From Deltaproteobacteria bacterium (GTDB taxonomy: Bacteria; Desulfobacterota; GWC2-55-46): DNA of 64,000 nucleotides. A program made the translations under genes and the position numbers. Below the pieces are notes generated by a model. That model had not been told where the DNA came from and made no database searches. It worked only from the letters and a program-made list of their open reading frames with translations. The stretch covers positions 6,114 to 70,113 of the forward strand of contig JBBTBW010000009.1 of assembly GCA_038043525.1 (NCBI GenBank), given 5' to 3'. This document shows, piece after piece, positions 1 to 10,036 of this stretch (the first letter of the stretch is position 1; each line of letters begins with the position of its first letter).

Positions 1-2
1 CG

Positions 3-623
3 CACCTGAACGTATTCAGCACCTTTAACCCTGAGATCCCTGAGAGCTACAAGGACTCTGAGTTCGTATTTCTGGCGAACATAGACCCTGAGCTCCAGAT
101 GAAGGTCCTGGATCAGGTGAGAAAGCCCAGGTTTGTAGCCTGCGATACGATGAACTTCTGGATAGAAGGTAAGCCAGAAGCGCTCAAGGCGCTTTTGAAG
201 CGCGTTGATATGTTCGTGATAAACGAGGGAGAGGCCCGTGAGCTCGCGAAAGAGGCGAGCCTCGTGAAAGCGGCAAAGATAATCCTCGGCTTCGGCCCGA
301 AGATGCTTATCATCAAGAGGGGCGAGTACGGCTCTCTTCTTTTTAACGGCGGCTCTGTATTTTCCGCCCCGGCCTTTCCGCTCGAAGAGATATTCGACCC
401 GACAGGCGCAGGCGACAGCTTCGCCGGAGGGGTCATGGGACACCTGGCCTCTACAGGAGACCTGAGCGAGTCCGGCATCAGGAAGGCAATTATCTTCGGG
501 TCTGTTATGGCGTCTTTCAACGTCGAGGCCTTCAGCCTTAACAGGTTGAACTCCCTGACGCAAAAGGATATAAACACCAGGTATTCGGAGTTTAAGGTGT
601 TGACCCATTTTGAAGATATATGA
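3..623 (+). CDS. PfkB-family carbohydrate kinase, 5' end outside window
   Basis: Frame is open from position 3 (HLNVFSTFNPEIP...). C-terminal PfkB signature DPTGAGDSFAGG plus NEGEA and IKRGEYG motifs. Confidence 0.9.
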   Translation, partial: HLNVFSTFNPEIPESYKDSEFVFLANIDPELQMKVLDQVRKPRFVACDTMNFWIEGKPEALKALLKRVDMFVINEGEARELAKEASLVKAAKIILGFGPKMLIIKRGEYGSLLFNGGSVFSAPAFPLEEIFDPTGAGDSFAGGVMGHLASTGDLSESGIRKAIIFGSVMASFNVEAFSLNRLNSLTQKDINTRYSEFKVLTHFEDI

Positions 624-691
624 TATGATTCCATTACTTAGGCTTTAGCCTGCGTTCAAGCCGACCTTTAAGTATCGAACCTGTGAGGCCT

Positions 692-1444
692 ATGAAAAAG
701 ATCTTTTGGAGCGTATTTCTTGCGGCGGCCGTCCTGGGGGCCTCGTCATGCGGCCCCTCGCTCAAGCAGAGAAAGGAAGAGGCGGCCATCCATTACAGGA
801 TAGGCGCCGTCCATCTTAACGACAAGAACTACACCGAGGCCCTCAAGGAGCTCACTCAGGCGGTTGAGAAGTATCCTGACGACGCCAATTACCACAACGC
901 CCTCGGTCTCGCCTACTTCTACAGGAAGATGAACCGGGAGGCTATCGTCTCCATGAAAAAGGCGGTAGAGCTCAACCCCAGGTTCTCCGAGGCCCATATC
1001 GCGCTCTCAGCCGTCTATCTTGAGGAGGGCCGCTGGGACCCTGCGATAGTCGAGGCAAGGGAGGCGCTCACCAATATCTTCTACTCTACGCCTGAGTACG
1101 CGTACTTCAATATCGGCAGGGCTTATTTCAGCAAGGGCGACTACCCTGGCGCGATCGAGAGCTACAAAAAGGCGCTGGGAGCTAATCCTGATTACGCTGT
1201 CGCGTACTATAATCTCGGCATGGCATTCGATAAGACGGATAACGTCAGGGACGCGGTCTCGGCATACGATACGGCTGTCAAGATATTCCCTGATTATATC
1301 GACGCGTACTTCGCTCTCGGCCTAGACTACATAAAGCTCAAGAACAATGCAGGCGCTGAGCAGGCATTCGGCCAGGTCATAATGATAGCCCCGACCTCTG
1401 AAAAGGCACAGTCGGCAAGGCAGTATATCGATCTGCTGAAATAG
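692..1444 (+). CDS. TPR lipoprotein, PilF/PilW/Tgl-type type IV pilus secretin pilotin
   Basis: Lipobox-like LGASSC, multiple TPR repeats, FYSTPEYAYFNIG motif typical of PilF/Tgl; adjacent to rodZ as in many proteobacteria. Confidence 0.75.
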   Translation: MKKIFWSVFLAAAVLGASSCGPSLKQRKEEAAIHYRIGAVHLNDKNYTEALKELTQAVEKYPDDANYHNALGLAYFYRKMNREAIVSMKKAVELNPRFSEAHIALSAVYLEEGRWDPAIVEAREALTNIFYSTPEYAYFNIGRAYFSKGDYPGAIESYKKALGANPDYAVAYYNLGMAFDKTDNVRDAVSAYDTAVKIFPDYIDAYFALGLDYIKLKNNAGAEQAFGQVIMIAPTSEKAQSARQYIDLLK

Positions 1445-1626
1445 TCTCTCTATGCGTTTTTAAGTCTCTGTACCGGGCGGGAGTCTCAGGCTTGAAGTCG
1501 TCTCTGTTGATACTGGTACGGCCCTGTAGATGCAGGGTGCTGATGTTTCATGCGGCCGGTCTGCTCGGCCTTGATATGCGATATGAAAATCAAACGCATT
1601 ATGCGAAAGTATAAGGTATCTGACCT

Positions 1627-2571
1627 ATGGAAAGTCCCGGCGAATACCTGAGGCGCGAAAGGGAACTCAGGCGCGTAAGTCTCACCAAGATATTCGAGGT
1701 CACCCGTGTGCCTGTAAAGGCGCTCGAAGCGCTCGAAGCCGATAACTACGAGAATCTGCCGCACCCTACCTTTGTCAAGGGTTATATAAAATCCTATTGC
1801 AAGGCCCTTGGCCTCGATGAAAACGACGCAGTGCTCCGCTATGAGATTTATCTAAGGGAGAACGCGCCGGATAAGCCTGAAGCGCACAAGGTCAAGGGCG
1901 CCCTGCACAGGAAGCTGGTAATACCTGATGACGAGCGTCTATCGTTTTTGAGGCTCTCTAGATCTGCCCGCACATATCTCATCTACGGCGCAGTCGGAAT
2001 AGTCCTGATATTAGCCGGGTATCTCTTCTTTTCCGGCGACCCTGATACAGTTGCGCCTGAGCCACAGGCCGCTCTCGAGCAGTCAGCTCCGCCTGCCCCC
2101 GCACTGCAGAGTTCCGAGCCGCCGCAGACCGAGGCAGGCACGGCTTCTACCGAGGTGAAGGTCTCGGTTGATGACGCCTCAGTGCCCCCGTCAGGTCAGG
2201 CCGGTTTGAGCGCAGGCAGGCATACGCTCTCGGTCACGGCGCGAGAGGTCGCGTGGATAAAGATCAGGATAGACGGCAAGGAAGCGACTGAGGTCATATT
2301 GAAGGCAGGGGAGTCTTTTTCATGGGACGCCGCAGAGACGTTCTCGCTCCTTGTTGGAAACGCAGGCGGCATTGACATGGTCTACGACGGCGCAAAGTTA
2401 CCTCCGCTCGGCAAGTCCGGCGAGTCGGTAAGCATCAGGCTTCCGCGCGCGAAGGCTTCGCAGGCGGGTGAGGGGCCAAAGCCGGCTGACGTAAAGGGCG
2501 CGAACGGCGCGGGTGCCGGGAAAAAGCCTCAGCCAGGACTGACAGAGCCTGCCGGGACCAACCGGCAGTAG
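1627..2571 (+). CDS. rodZ: RodZ-like protein (N-terminal HTH, one TM, C-terminal DUF4115)
   Basis: GEYLRRERE...ALEADNYENLP..FVKGYIKSYCKALGLD HTH, TM segment, C-terminal LLVGNAGG motif. Confidence 0.85.
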   Translation: MESPGEYLRRERELRRVSLTKIFEVTRVPVKALEALEADNYENLPHPTFVKGYIKSYCKALGLDENDAVLRYEIYLRENAPDKPEAHKVKGALHRKLVIPDDERLSFLRLSRSARTYLIYGAVGIVLILAGYLFFSGDPDTVAPEPQAALEQSAPPAPALQSSEPPQTEAGTASTEVKVSVDDASVPPSGQAGLSAGRHTLSVTAREVAWIKIRIDGKEATEVILKAGESFSWDAAETFSLLVGNAGGIDMVYDGAKLPPLGKSGESVSIRLPRAKASQAGEGPKPADVKGANGAGAGKKPQPGLTEPAGTNRQ

Positions 2572-2604
2572 CGGACCACTCACGAGTATTCCCAAGGAGA
2601 GGCG

Positions 2605-3315
2605 ATGGAAAACATCATAAGGTGCAGGAAGTGCGGCAAGAAGATGAAGTCGGCCAGGGTGGATGACTACAGGCTAAAGCTTTCTTGTGAGTGCGGCTTT
2701 TCCGAGTACAGGACCGCCCCGGCCGCGACCAAGGCGATAAACCCGCATTTTTCAAGGGAGAGCCTCCTGCCCCTTACCTTTGATCACGCAGGCAGGTTTT
2801 TCGTCGAACAGCAGGCAGACAGGGAGCAGAAGGAGATCATAACCCTTGAAGAGATAAGCATGCTCGCCTCTTCTGACTACGACCTTGATGAGGTGCTCAC
2901 TATGGTCGTTGAAAAGACCGCCAGGAGGCTCGGCGTCGATATATGCTCCATATATCTCTGGGACGGGGAGTATCTCGTCCTGCGCGCAACGTACGGCCTC
3001 TCCAAAGAGGCTGTCGGAAAGGCGCGGCTGAAGATAGGCGAGGGCATTACAGGCTCTGCCGTACAAGAGAAAAAACCGCTCCTTATCGAGGACATCTCAA
3101 AGGATCAGCGCTACAGGTACTTCGCCGAGACAAAGGAAGAGCAGTACAGGATCAAGACCATGTACTCTTATCCGATATTTTCCGGGAGCGAGCCGTTCGG
3201 GGTCTTAAACGCCCAGACCGTTGTTACAAGGGAATTTACCCAGGACGAGATATCTTTCGTATCCGTTATAGCCAACCTTATACTCGGCGCTGTCAAGATG
3301 AGAAAGAGACGCTGA
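2605..3315 (+). CDS. Zn-ribbon plus GAF domain protein (PtsP-like GAF)
   Basis: N-terminal CRKC...CECG; C-terminal GAF with CSIYL..LVLRATYGL..LKIGEGITG..GVLNAQ; RBS AAGGAG. Confidence 0.8.
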   Translation: MENIIRCRKCGKKMKSARVDDYRLKLSCECGFSEYRTAPAATKAINPHFSRESLLPLTFDHAGRFFVEQQADREQKEIITLEEISMLASSDYDLDEVLTMVVEKTARRLGVDICSIYLWDGEYLVLRATYGLSKEAVGKARLKIGEGITGSAVQEKKPLLIEDISKDQRYRYFAETKEEQYRIKTMYSYPIFSGSEPFGVLNAQTVVTREFTQDEISFVSVIANLILGAVKMRKRR

Positions 3316-4754
3316 TGTTGCCGGGCCTCAGGGACCCCGAAGGCCGTGTTCGCAGTCTGATATGCGGCCGGCCGTTTATTGGCCGGTCGCAGGCAGGCGG
3401 CGCCGGGTTCATCTCCATCCTCCTCATACTCCTTATCATCACCGCAGGCATCTACTACTATAAAACAACAAAGACAGGAGAGGTCGAAGACCTCTCTGCG
3501 TTACCAGTCGCTGAGCTTGATCCGGCCCAAACTCTTGAGTTCAAGGCAGACGACGCGCCTGTCATCATAGAGGAGACGACTGAGAACGGCGCGACCGACC
3601 CTGCTATTCATGAGGCGGCCAAGGCCTACAAGGAAGGCGATTATGAAAGGGCAATAGTCCTTTTGCGCGAAGCCCTCGGCCGTTCTCCCGGATCTGACGT
3701 TGTGAAGTCCGCTCTTGCCAGGTCCATTAACAGGGCGTCCCTCGATCTTTACAATGGCGGAGATTATTCCGGCGCAAGACAGATGCTTATAGAGGCTGTG
3801 GCACTTGCCCCGGATGAGACGATCCTTGAAAACCTCGTCAACGTCCAGATCAGGCTAGATGATCTGCGTGGCGCGGCCTCGACCATTGAAAGGGTTGGCG
3901 TAAAGGCGGAAAATAAAAAGACGCTTTACAATATCTATATCCGTCTCGGCAGGCAGAGACTGGACGCCGGCGATCCGTCTTCCGCGCTCGAATATTACGA
4001 GAAGGCTTCTGCCATCGACTCGCATGATCAAGGCCTCATGGCCGCCATTGCATCTCTTGAGAAGGAGACTTCCGTAGAGGCCGGGATGGGAGCGACCGAT
4101 AACCGCCACTTCGTCGTCAAGTTCGACGGGGGAGAGAACGCCGTCGCAGGCCACCTGATAGGGATACTTTTAGAGGAGGCATACTCCAAGGTTGGCGCTG
4201 ATCTGAATTTTTATCCTGAAGAGAGGATAGAGGCTGTTCTGTACTCGAGGGAGAATTTCAGGGACATTACAAGAAGCCCTTCCTGGGCTGGCGCGATCTA
4301 CGACGGCAGGATAAAGGTGCCTGCAGGCGGCGTAACGGAAAAGACCCAGGCGCTCGAAGCCGTCTTGTTCCATGAGTACACGCACGCGATAGTCCACAGG
4401 CTATCCGCCGGAAGGGCCCCTGTCTGGCTGAATGAAGGGATAGCGCAGTACGAGGAGGGAAGGACGTCCTCATCTTATTCGACGGAGCTTGGCGAGGCGG
4501 CCTCGGCAGGCGCTTTGAGATTGAGAGCGCTTGAGGGTTCATTTATGGGCCTGTCCTCTCAGTCTGCTCAGGGAGCGTATCTCGTAAGCCTCTCGGCAAC
4601 TGAGTATATCATCAGGGAGTTCGGTCTTTTTTCAGTGAGGAAGATCCTTGAGAATATCGGTTCAGGCATGTCCACCCCTGAGGCGATCTCAGCCGCTATC
4701 TACCTTTCTTATGACGATCTGGAGAAGAGTTGGGTCGAGTCACTGAAAAGATAA
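3315..4754 (+). CDS. Membrane-anchored TPR protein with peptidase MA-like (gluzincin) domain
   Basis: ATG overlaps the upstream stop (TGATG); TM helix, TPRs, HEYTH plus PVWLNEGIAQY zinc motif. The 2943 start in the ORF track overlaps the GAF gene and is rejected. Confidence 0.8.
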   Translation: MLPGLRDPEGRVRSLICGRPFIGRSQAGGAGFISILLILLIITAGIYYYKTTKTGEVEDLSALPVAELDPAQTLEFKADDAPVIIEETTENGATDPAIHEAAKAYKEGDYERAIVLLREALGRSPGSDVVKSALARSINRASLDLYNGGDYSGARQMLIEAVALAPDETILENLVNVQIRLDDLRGAASTIERVGVKAENKKTLYNIYIRLGRQRLDAGDPSSALEYYEKASAIDSHDQGLMAAIASLEKETSVEAGMGATDNRHFVVKFDGGENAVAGHLIGILLEEAYSKVGADLNFYPEERIEAVLYSRENFRDITRSPSWAGAIYDGRIKVPAGGVTEKTQALEAVLFHEYTHAIVHRLSAGRAPVWLNEGIAQYEEGRTSSSYSTELGEAASAGALRLRALEGSFMGLSSQSAQGAYLVSLSATEYIIREFGLFSVRKILENIGSGMSTPEAISAAIYLSYDDLEKSWVESLKR

Positions 4755-4798
4755 AGCGCAGGCGGGTCGAGTCCAGGGAGAGCCTCGATCGAAATCTC

Positions 4799-4825
4799 TT
4801 GAAATGGCCTTTCGGATGGTATAAT
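4799..4825 (+). promoter_or_regulatory. sigma-70 promoter with extended -10
   Basis: TGgTATAAT at 4817-4825 with TTGAAA upstream, ahead of the 4864 gene. Confidence 0.5.
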
Positions 4826-4863
4826 TTAAAACATTAAAATTCGCGTGGAGGTATCCGGAGAAG

Positions 4864-5493
4864 ATGGCAATGAAAGATATGTCGAAGAGATACGTACTAG
4901 TAGGCGCATGCGCCCTTGTGATAGGGCTTGCCGGTTGCGGCGAGAAAAAGTCGCAGGAAGTCCCTGCGACGGAGCAGCAGGCCGCAGTACCTCAGGAGGC
5001 CCCAGCAGGTCAATCCGGTGCAGATGCGCAGTTGCCGTCCGGTCACCCGCAGACAGCTCCAACCGAGGGCGGACAGCCAGGAGCACAGCCGAAGGTCGAC
5101 CACGGCACGATAAAGACGCAGAAGGTCGTAAAGCTTTCCGACGAGGTAAAGGCCAAGTGGAAGGAAGTAAAGATGGAGATAACCGAGACCGCCTCAAAGT
5201 CCAAGGACGTAGTGGCGATCAAGGTCGGAAGCGCGGCGAAGCTCAAGAAGGATGGTTTCAGCCTGAGGGTCGAGGCCTTCGTGCCTGACTACTCCATAGC
5301 TGAGAACAGGATAGAGTCAAGGTCTAACGAGGCGAAGAACCCGGCTGTGCTGGTAGAGCTGTTGAGCGGTGACAAGTCCGTTGCCAAGGGCTGGATATTC
5401 AGGGACTACCCTGAGTTCAACTCCTTCAACGATCCAAACGTACAGCTCAAGCTCGTAGCCCCTGGCGCTGACAAGGCCGCCGCAAAGAAGTAA
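4864..5493 (+). CDS. Lipoprotein, DUF2155-like C-terminal domain
   Basis: Lipobox LAGC, low-complexity linker with LPSGHP, C-terminal NPAVLVE...KGWIF..YP. Confidence 0.65.
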   Translation: MAMKDMSKRYVLVGACALVIGLAGCGEKKSQEVPATEQQAAVPQEAPAGQSGADAQLPSGHPQTAPTEGGQPGAQPKVDHGTIKTQKVVKLSDEVKAKWKEVKMEITETASKSKDVVAIKVGSAAKLKKDGFSLRVEAFVPDYSIAENRIESRSNEAKNPAVLVELLSGDKSVAKGWIFRDYPEFNSFNDPNVQLKLVAPGADKAAAKK

Positions 5494-5523
5494 GAGGCCG
5501 TCTCGAGTCTGGTAAGGATTATT

Positions 5524-5564
5524 AGACATGGGGCCTGCGCGTACGGCCCCATGTCTGTTTTTTT
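5524..5564 (+). terminator. Rho-independent terminator
   Basis: AGACATGGGGCC / GGCCCCATGTCT stem followed by a T-tract. Confidence 0.75.
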
Positions 5565-5717
5565 GTCAGTCGCTTTACCCTTTGACATTGGCATTGAATC
5601 GTGTTTTATTTAACAGTCCCGGGGTAAGCCGTTCTCAGGCGGAGCCGGTTCTGTTACGACTGGCATTGCTTTTCTGTTCGTCGTCGGTGTATCAGCTGTA
5701 TCAGCGTTGCAGTATAT

Positions 5718-6210
<493 letters not shown>

Positions 6211-6247
6211 GGTCTGGCAGGTCGTTCATGTAGTCGGTTTGCGGTAA

Positions 6248-6360
6248 CTGTTGATAGCTGGGTCTTGCGCAATGGGGGGCTGCAAATCCCGCCAGGTCCG
6301 GAAGGAAGCAACGGTAGCGGTTTTCCCTCATGTGCCGCAAGGGTGCCTAGCTATCAACAG
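6248..6360 (+). ncRNA. ffs: Signal recognition particle RNA (4.5S)
   Basis: Domain IV motif GCCAGGTCCGGAAGGAAGCAACGG in a long hairpin closed by CTGTTGATAGCTGGG / CCTAGCTATCAACAG; typical position upstream of dnaX. Confidence 0.93.
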
Positions 6361-6432
6361 TGCCCGCAAGCGTTGTTAAATCGTCGATGTCTTGCAGTTC
6401 AAGCCGGCCGCCTTACAGGATGCTTAGACCCG

Positions 6433-8064
6433 ATGTCTTCATACCAGGTTATAGCAAGGAAGTGGAGGCCTGGCTTATTTGAGCAGATCGTAGGCCAGTC
6501 CCACATAACAAGGACCCTCACGAACGCCGTGACCATGGGCCGGATAGCCCATGCTTATCTTTTTTCTGGCCCCCGCGGGGTCGGTAAGACCACCGCCGCA
6601 AGGATCTTTTCCAAGTGCCTCAACTGTGCCGAAGGCCCGACCCCAACCCCATGCAACTCGTGTTCGTCCTGTAAATCGATAACCTCAGGATCTTCTGTCG
6701 ATGTCCTTGAGATAGACGGAGCGTCCAATAACGGCGTCGATAATATCCGTGAGATAACCGAGTCGGTAAGGTACGTCCCCAGCGAGGGGAGATATAAGAT
6801 ATATATCGTGGACGAGGTCCACATGCTCTCTACCCCTGCCTTCAACGCGCTCTTAAAGACGCTTGAAGAGCCCCCGGCGCACGCCGTCTTCATCTTCGCC
6901 ACAACCGAGATCCATAAGATCCCTGCGACCATACTCTCCAGATGCCAGAGGTTTGACTTCAAGCGCATCCCATTTCGCGAGATCCAGGCGCACCTTAAGA
7001 AGGTCGTAACCGTTGAGGGGATAGCCTTCGAGGAAAAGGCGCTCTTTACTATCGCCAGGGAGGCGGACGGATCCCTCAGGGATTCGCAGTCTCTCCTCGA
7101 GCAGGCTCTCGCGTTTGCCGGAGGGGATCTCAGGGACGAGCACGTCACCGAGGCCCTCGGGTTGATGGACAGGAGCGTTCTTTATGAGATCTCCTCGGCG
7201 ATCCTTTCGAACGACACCAGGGCCTGCCTGAATATTGTTGAAAAGATATATGATTTTGGTTATGATTTAAAGAGGGCCACAGCCGATCTTCTTGAGCACA
7301 TCAGGGACCTTGCGGTCCTGAAGGTCTCTGGCGATGCCTCTCTTTTGAACCTCCCTGACAGCGAGGTCGAGCGTCTGAGGGAGATCTCCGGTCCGGTAGG
7401 CATCGAGCGGCTCCATCTGCTCTTCGGGGTGATATCCAAGGGGTATGAAGAGGTCTCAAGGTCCTCTTCTCCCCGTTTTTCGCTTGAGATGGCCGTTCTA
7501 AGGGCGGCGCATATAAGCGCCGTCGAGCCGATAGCGGAGTTGATGGCACGGCTCGAAGGATTGCGTCAGGGGCCGGGTTCGCCGTCCCAGACGCAGCGCC
7601 AGTCGTCTGCAAACGTAAACTCGCAGACAGCATCTGCTGCTAGGGCCAGCGTCCCTACAGTTCCTCAGGCACAGGCTCAGGGCGCGCAGTATCATCAGGA
7701 CCCCGGTCCTGATAAGAAGGCCGGCACAGTGCAGGAAGCGGAGCGCTCCGTAGAGGGGCTCGTCGAGTATATAGTCAAAAACCTCCGCCAGCTTTCAGAC
7801 CCTGTCAGGTCGGCGGCATTCAAGGTCTCCGGTGATACCGTGGAGATAACTGCGGCAGCTGACAAGTTTTTCTCTTTAGACATGAAGAAGGAACAGATAG
7901 AGTCTGTCTGCGCCGATTATTTTTCCAGACGCATGAAGGTAAGCATGACAAGCTCAGGAGCGCCGGTCGCCGATAAAAAAAAAGATGACGACCCGATCAT
8001 AAAAGACGCGCTCAGGATATTAGAGGGCAGGGTCATTGATGACAGGAGGAGAACAGATGCCTAA
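6433..8064 (+). CDS. dnaX: DNA polymerase III subunit gamma/tau
   Basis: YQVIARKWRP start, Walker A GPRGVGKT, Zn motif, DEVHML, SRC motif. Start placed at ATG 6433 because the longer ORF overlaps ffs. Confidence 0.97.
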   Translation: MSSYQVIARKWRPGLFEQIVGQSHITRTLTNAVTMGRIAHAYLFSGPRGVGKTTAARIFSKCLNCAEGPTPTPCNSCSSCKSITSGSSVDVLEIDGASNNGVDNIREITESVRYVPSEGRYKIYIVDEVHMLSTPAFNALLKTLEEPPAHAVFIFATTEIHKIPATILSRCQRFDFKRIPFREIQAHLKKVVTVEGIAFEEKALFTIAREADGSLRDSQSLLEQALAFAGGDLRDEHVTEALGLMDRSVLYEISSAILSNDTRACLNIVEKIYDFGYDLKRATADLLEHIRDLAVLKVSGDASLLNLPDSEVERLREISGPVGIERLHLLFGVISKGYEEVSRSSSPRFSLEMAVLRAAHISAVEPIAELMARLEGLRQGPGSPSQTQRQSSANVNSQTASAARASVPTVPQAQAQGAQYHQDPGPDKKAGTVQEAERSVEGLVEYIVKNLRQLSDPVRSAAFKVSGDTVEITAAADKFFSLDMKKEQIESVCADYFSRRMKVSMTSSGAPVADKKKDDDPIIKDALRILEGRVIDDRRRTDA

Positions 8065-8377
8065 GAACTTGGGCAACCTTATGAGGCAGGCCCAGAAGAT
8101 GCAGGAAAAGATGGCTGAGATGCAGAAAGACCTTGCGTCAAGGACCATCGAGGCTTCTTCCGGAGGCGGCATGGTCACGGCGGTCGTAAGCGGCGCTCAG
8201 GAGATCATATCCCTCAAGATAGACCCGACGGTCGTCGACCCCAAGGACGTGGACATGCTCCAGGACCTTGTTATGGCGGCGGTTAACGAAGGAATGAGAA
8301 GAAGCAAGCAGATGATGGCGGATGAGATGTCAAGCCTGACGTCAGGGCTCGGCATGAACATACCGGGGCTGTTTTAA
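8057..8377 (+). CDS. ybaB: YbaB/EbfC nucleoid-associated protein
   Basis: LMRQAQKMQ...SGGGMV...DMLQDLVMAAVN; between dnaX and recR; RBS AGGAGG. Confidence 0.95.
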   Translation: MPKNLGNLMRQAQKMQEKMAEMQKDLASRTIEASSGGGMVTAVVSGAQEIISLKIDPTVVDPKDVDMLQDLVMAAVNEGMRRSKQMMADEMSSLTSGLGMNIPGLF

Positions 8378-8489
8378 AGCAGGGCCGTTTGGCAGCAGCC
8401 TCCGGCGATAAAACAAGAAAATTCGTAGCGGCGTTTGATGGCCGATAATCCGGATCAGGGACGCCGTAGCGGTTAAAAGACAGGTCGAA

Positions 8490-9086
8490 TTGCAGTACGC
8501 AGAACCAATTGACAGGCTTATAAAGGCGTTTTCAAGGCTCCCCGGCGTAGGCGAGAAGTCCGCGACGCGCCTTGCCATGTACATCTTGAACGCAAACAGG
8601 CAGTACGTGAACGAGCTTACCGAGAGCCTTGTCGGCGTAAAGGAAAAGGTCTCTTTATGCTCGGTCTGCATGACGTTTTCGGATATCGACCCGTGCGCTA
8701 TATGCGCGGGCCATTCAAGGGACCTGTCTTCAATATGCGTCGTATCTGATTATAAAGACATGATGGCCCTCGAATCCATGGGCGGATACAAGGGTACGTA
8801 TCATATACTGCATGGCAATCTCGCCCCGTTAAAGGGCATAGGCCCTGACGAGCTTAAGATCAGGGAGCTTGCACAAAGGGTCTCTTCAGGCGCGGTGAAC
8901 GAGGTCATCCTTGCCACCGGCCTTGATGCCGAGGGCGAGACGACGGCCGTATACCTCTCGCGTCTTTTGAAGCCTTCGGGCGTGAAGCTCACCCGCATCG
9001 CCTCAGGGATACCGGTAGGCAGTTTTGTCGAGTACATGGACGGGGCGACGCTCGTAAGGGCGATGGACGGCAGGAGAGAAGTATAA
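8490..9086 (+). CDS. recR: Recombination mediator RecR
   Basis: LPGVGEKSATR HhH, C4 zinc finger, TOPRIM EVILAT...EGETTA. Confidence 0.96.
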   Translation: MQYAEPIDRLIKAFSRLPGVGEKSATRLAMYILNANRQYVNELTESLVGVKEKVSLCSVCMTFSDIDPCAICAGHSRDLSSICVVSDYKDMMALESMGGYKGTYHILHGNLAPLKGIGPDELKIRELAQRVSSGAVNEVILATGLDAEGETTAVYLSRLLKPSGVKLTRIASGIPVGSFVEYMDGATLVRAMDGRREV

Positions 9087-9173
9087 GGTTGTTTTTAATG
9101 CAGGGTCGCAGGGCCAAATACAGGCATCAGCGCCGCCAAGCGGCATAAAAAAACCAGAGGGAAAGCACACGTC

Positions 9174-9752
9174 ATGGAAAAGTACATCGAAGTAAGATGG
9201 CATGGCAGGGCCCAGCAGGGTGTTGTCACCGCAGCCAAGATACTCGGGGAGGCTTCCCTGAGGTCCGGCAAATATGTACAGGCATTCCCTGAGTTCGGCC
9301 CTGAGAGGATGGGGGCGCCGGTAAGGGCGTACAACAGGATATCAGACGACCCGATAAGGCTCCATTGCCAGGTCACCGAGCCGCAGTACATCCTGATAGC
9401 CGACCCTACGCTTATCTCAGTGGTCAACGTCACAGAGGGCGCTCCGGAAGATGCTGTCTATGTTGTAAATACACCGAAGAGCCCGGCAGAGATGAAGGAT
9501 ATCCTCGGTCTTAAAGGCAAAAAGGCAAAGGTCTTTACGCTCGACGCGGTGAATATATCCATTGAGACCATCGGCAGGGTGATGCCTAACACCCCGCTTC
9601 TCGGCGCGCTTGCAAAGGCGACAGGTTGTATCACCATGGAAGCGCTTATCGACAACTTTAAAGAAAACTACTCCAAGAAATTCAGCCCGGCTGTCGTTGA
9701 AGGCAACGTCACCGCCATGCAACGCGGGTATTCGGAGTTGAAAGGGGAATAA
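9174..9752 (+). CDS. porC: Pyruvate/2-oxoacid:ferredoxin oxidoreductase gamma subunit
   Basis: EVRWHGRAQQG...FPEFGPERMGAP...PNTPLLGA. Confidence 0.92.
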   Translation: MEKYIEVRWHGRAQQGVVTAAKILGEASLRSGKYVQAFPEFGPERMGAPVRAYNRISDDPIRLHCQVTEPQYILIADPTLISVVNVTEGAPEDAVYVVNTPKSPAEMKDILGLKGKKAKVFTLDAVNISIETIGRVMPNTPLLGALAKATGCITMEALIDNFKENYSKKFSPAVVEGNVTAMQRGYSELKGE

Positions 9753-10036
9753 TGGATATGGGAAAGAAGGGATCTTTGCCCCATGGCGGGGTGATAAAAG
9801 GCGGCACTGCCGACGATTACCAGACAGGCGGCTGGAGAAAGCTCCGCCCGGTACTTAATAAGGATAAATGCACTAATTGCCTTATCTGCTGGGTGATGTG
9901 TCCTGATTCAGCCGTTATAGTCGAGGACGGCAAGATGGTAGGGTTCGACATGGAGCACTGCAAGGGATGCGGCATCTGCGCCGTTGAGTGCCCTGACAAG
10001 GTAAAGGCAATAAAGATGGAAGAGGAGGCCGAGTAA
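9752..10036 (+). CDS. porD: Pyruvate:ferredoxin oxidoreductase delta subunit (2x4Fe-4S)
   Basis: TGGWR..RP, CTNCLICWVMCPD and CKGCGICAVECP. Confidence 0.92.
   Translation: MDMGKKGSLPHGGVIKGGTADDYQTGGWRKLRPVLNKDKCTNCLICWVMCPDSAVIVEDGKMVGFDMEHCKGCGICAVECPDKVKAIKMEEEAE

Noticed and set aside
2943-3314. N-terminal extension of the 603-aa ORF
   Set aside because: Overlaps the GAF gene in another frame; ATG 3315 coupled to the GAF stop is more plausible.
6265-6432. Long 5' extension of dnaX
   Set aside because: Runs through the SRP RNA gene; the conserved DnaX N-terminus starts at 6433.
7975-8377. Frameshift fusion of DnaX to YbaB via the A9 run
   Set aside because: The ybaB frame has a TAA at 8000-8002 before the ybaB start.
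8441-8448. GCCGATAA upstream of recR as a sigma-28 promoter
   Set aside because: No TAAA at the required distance.
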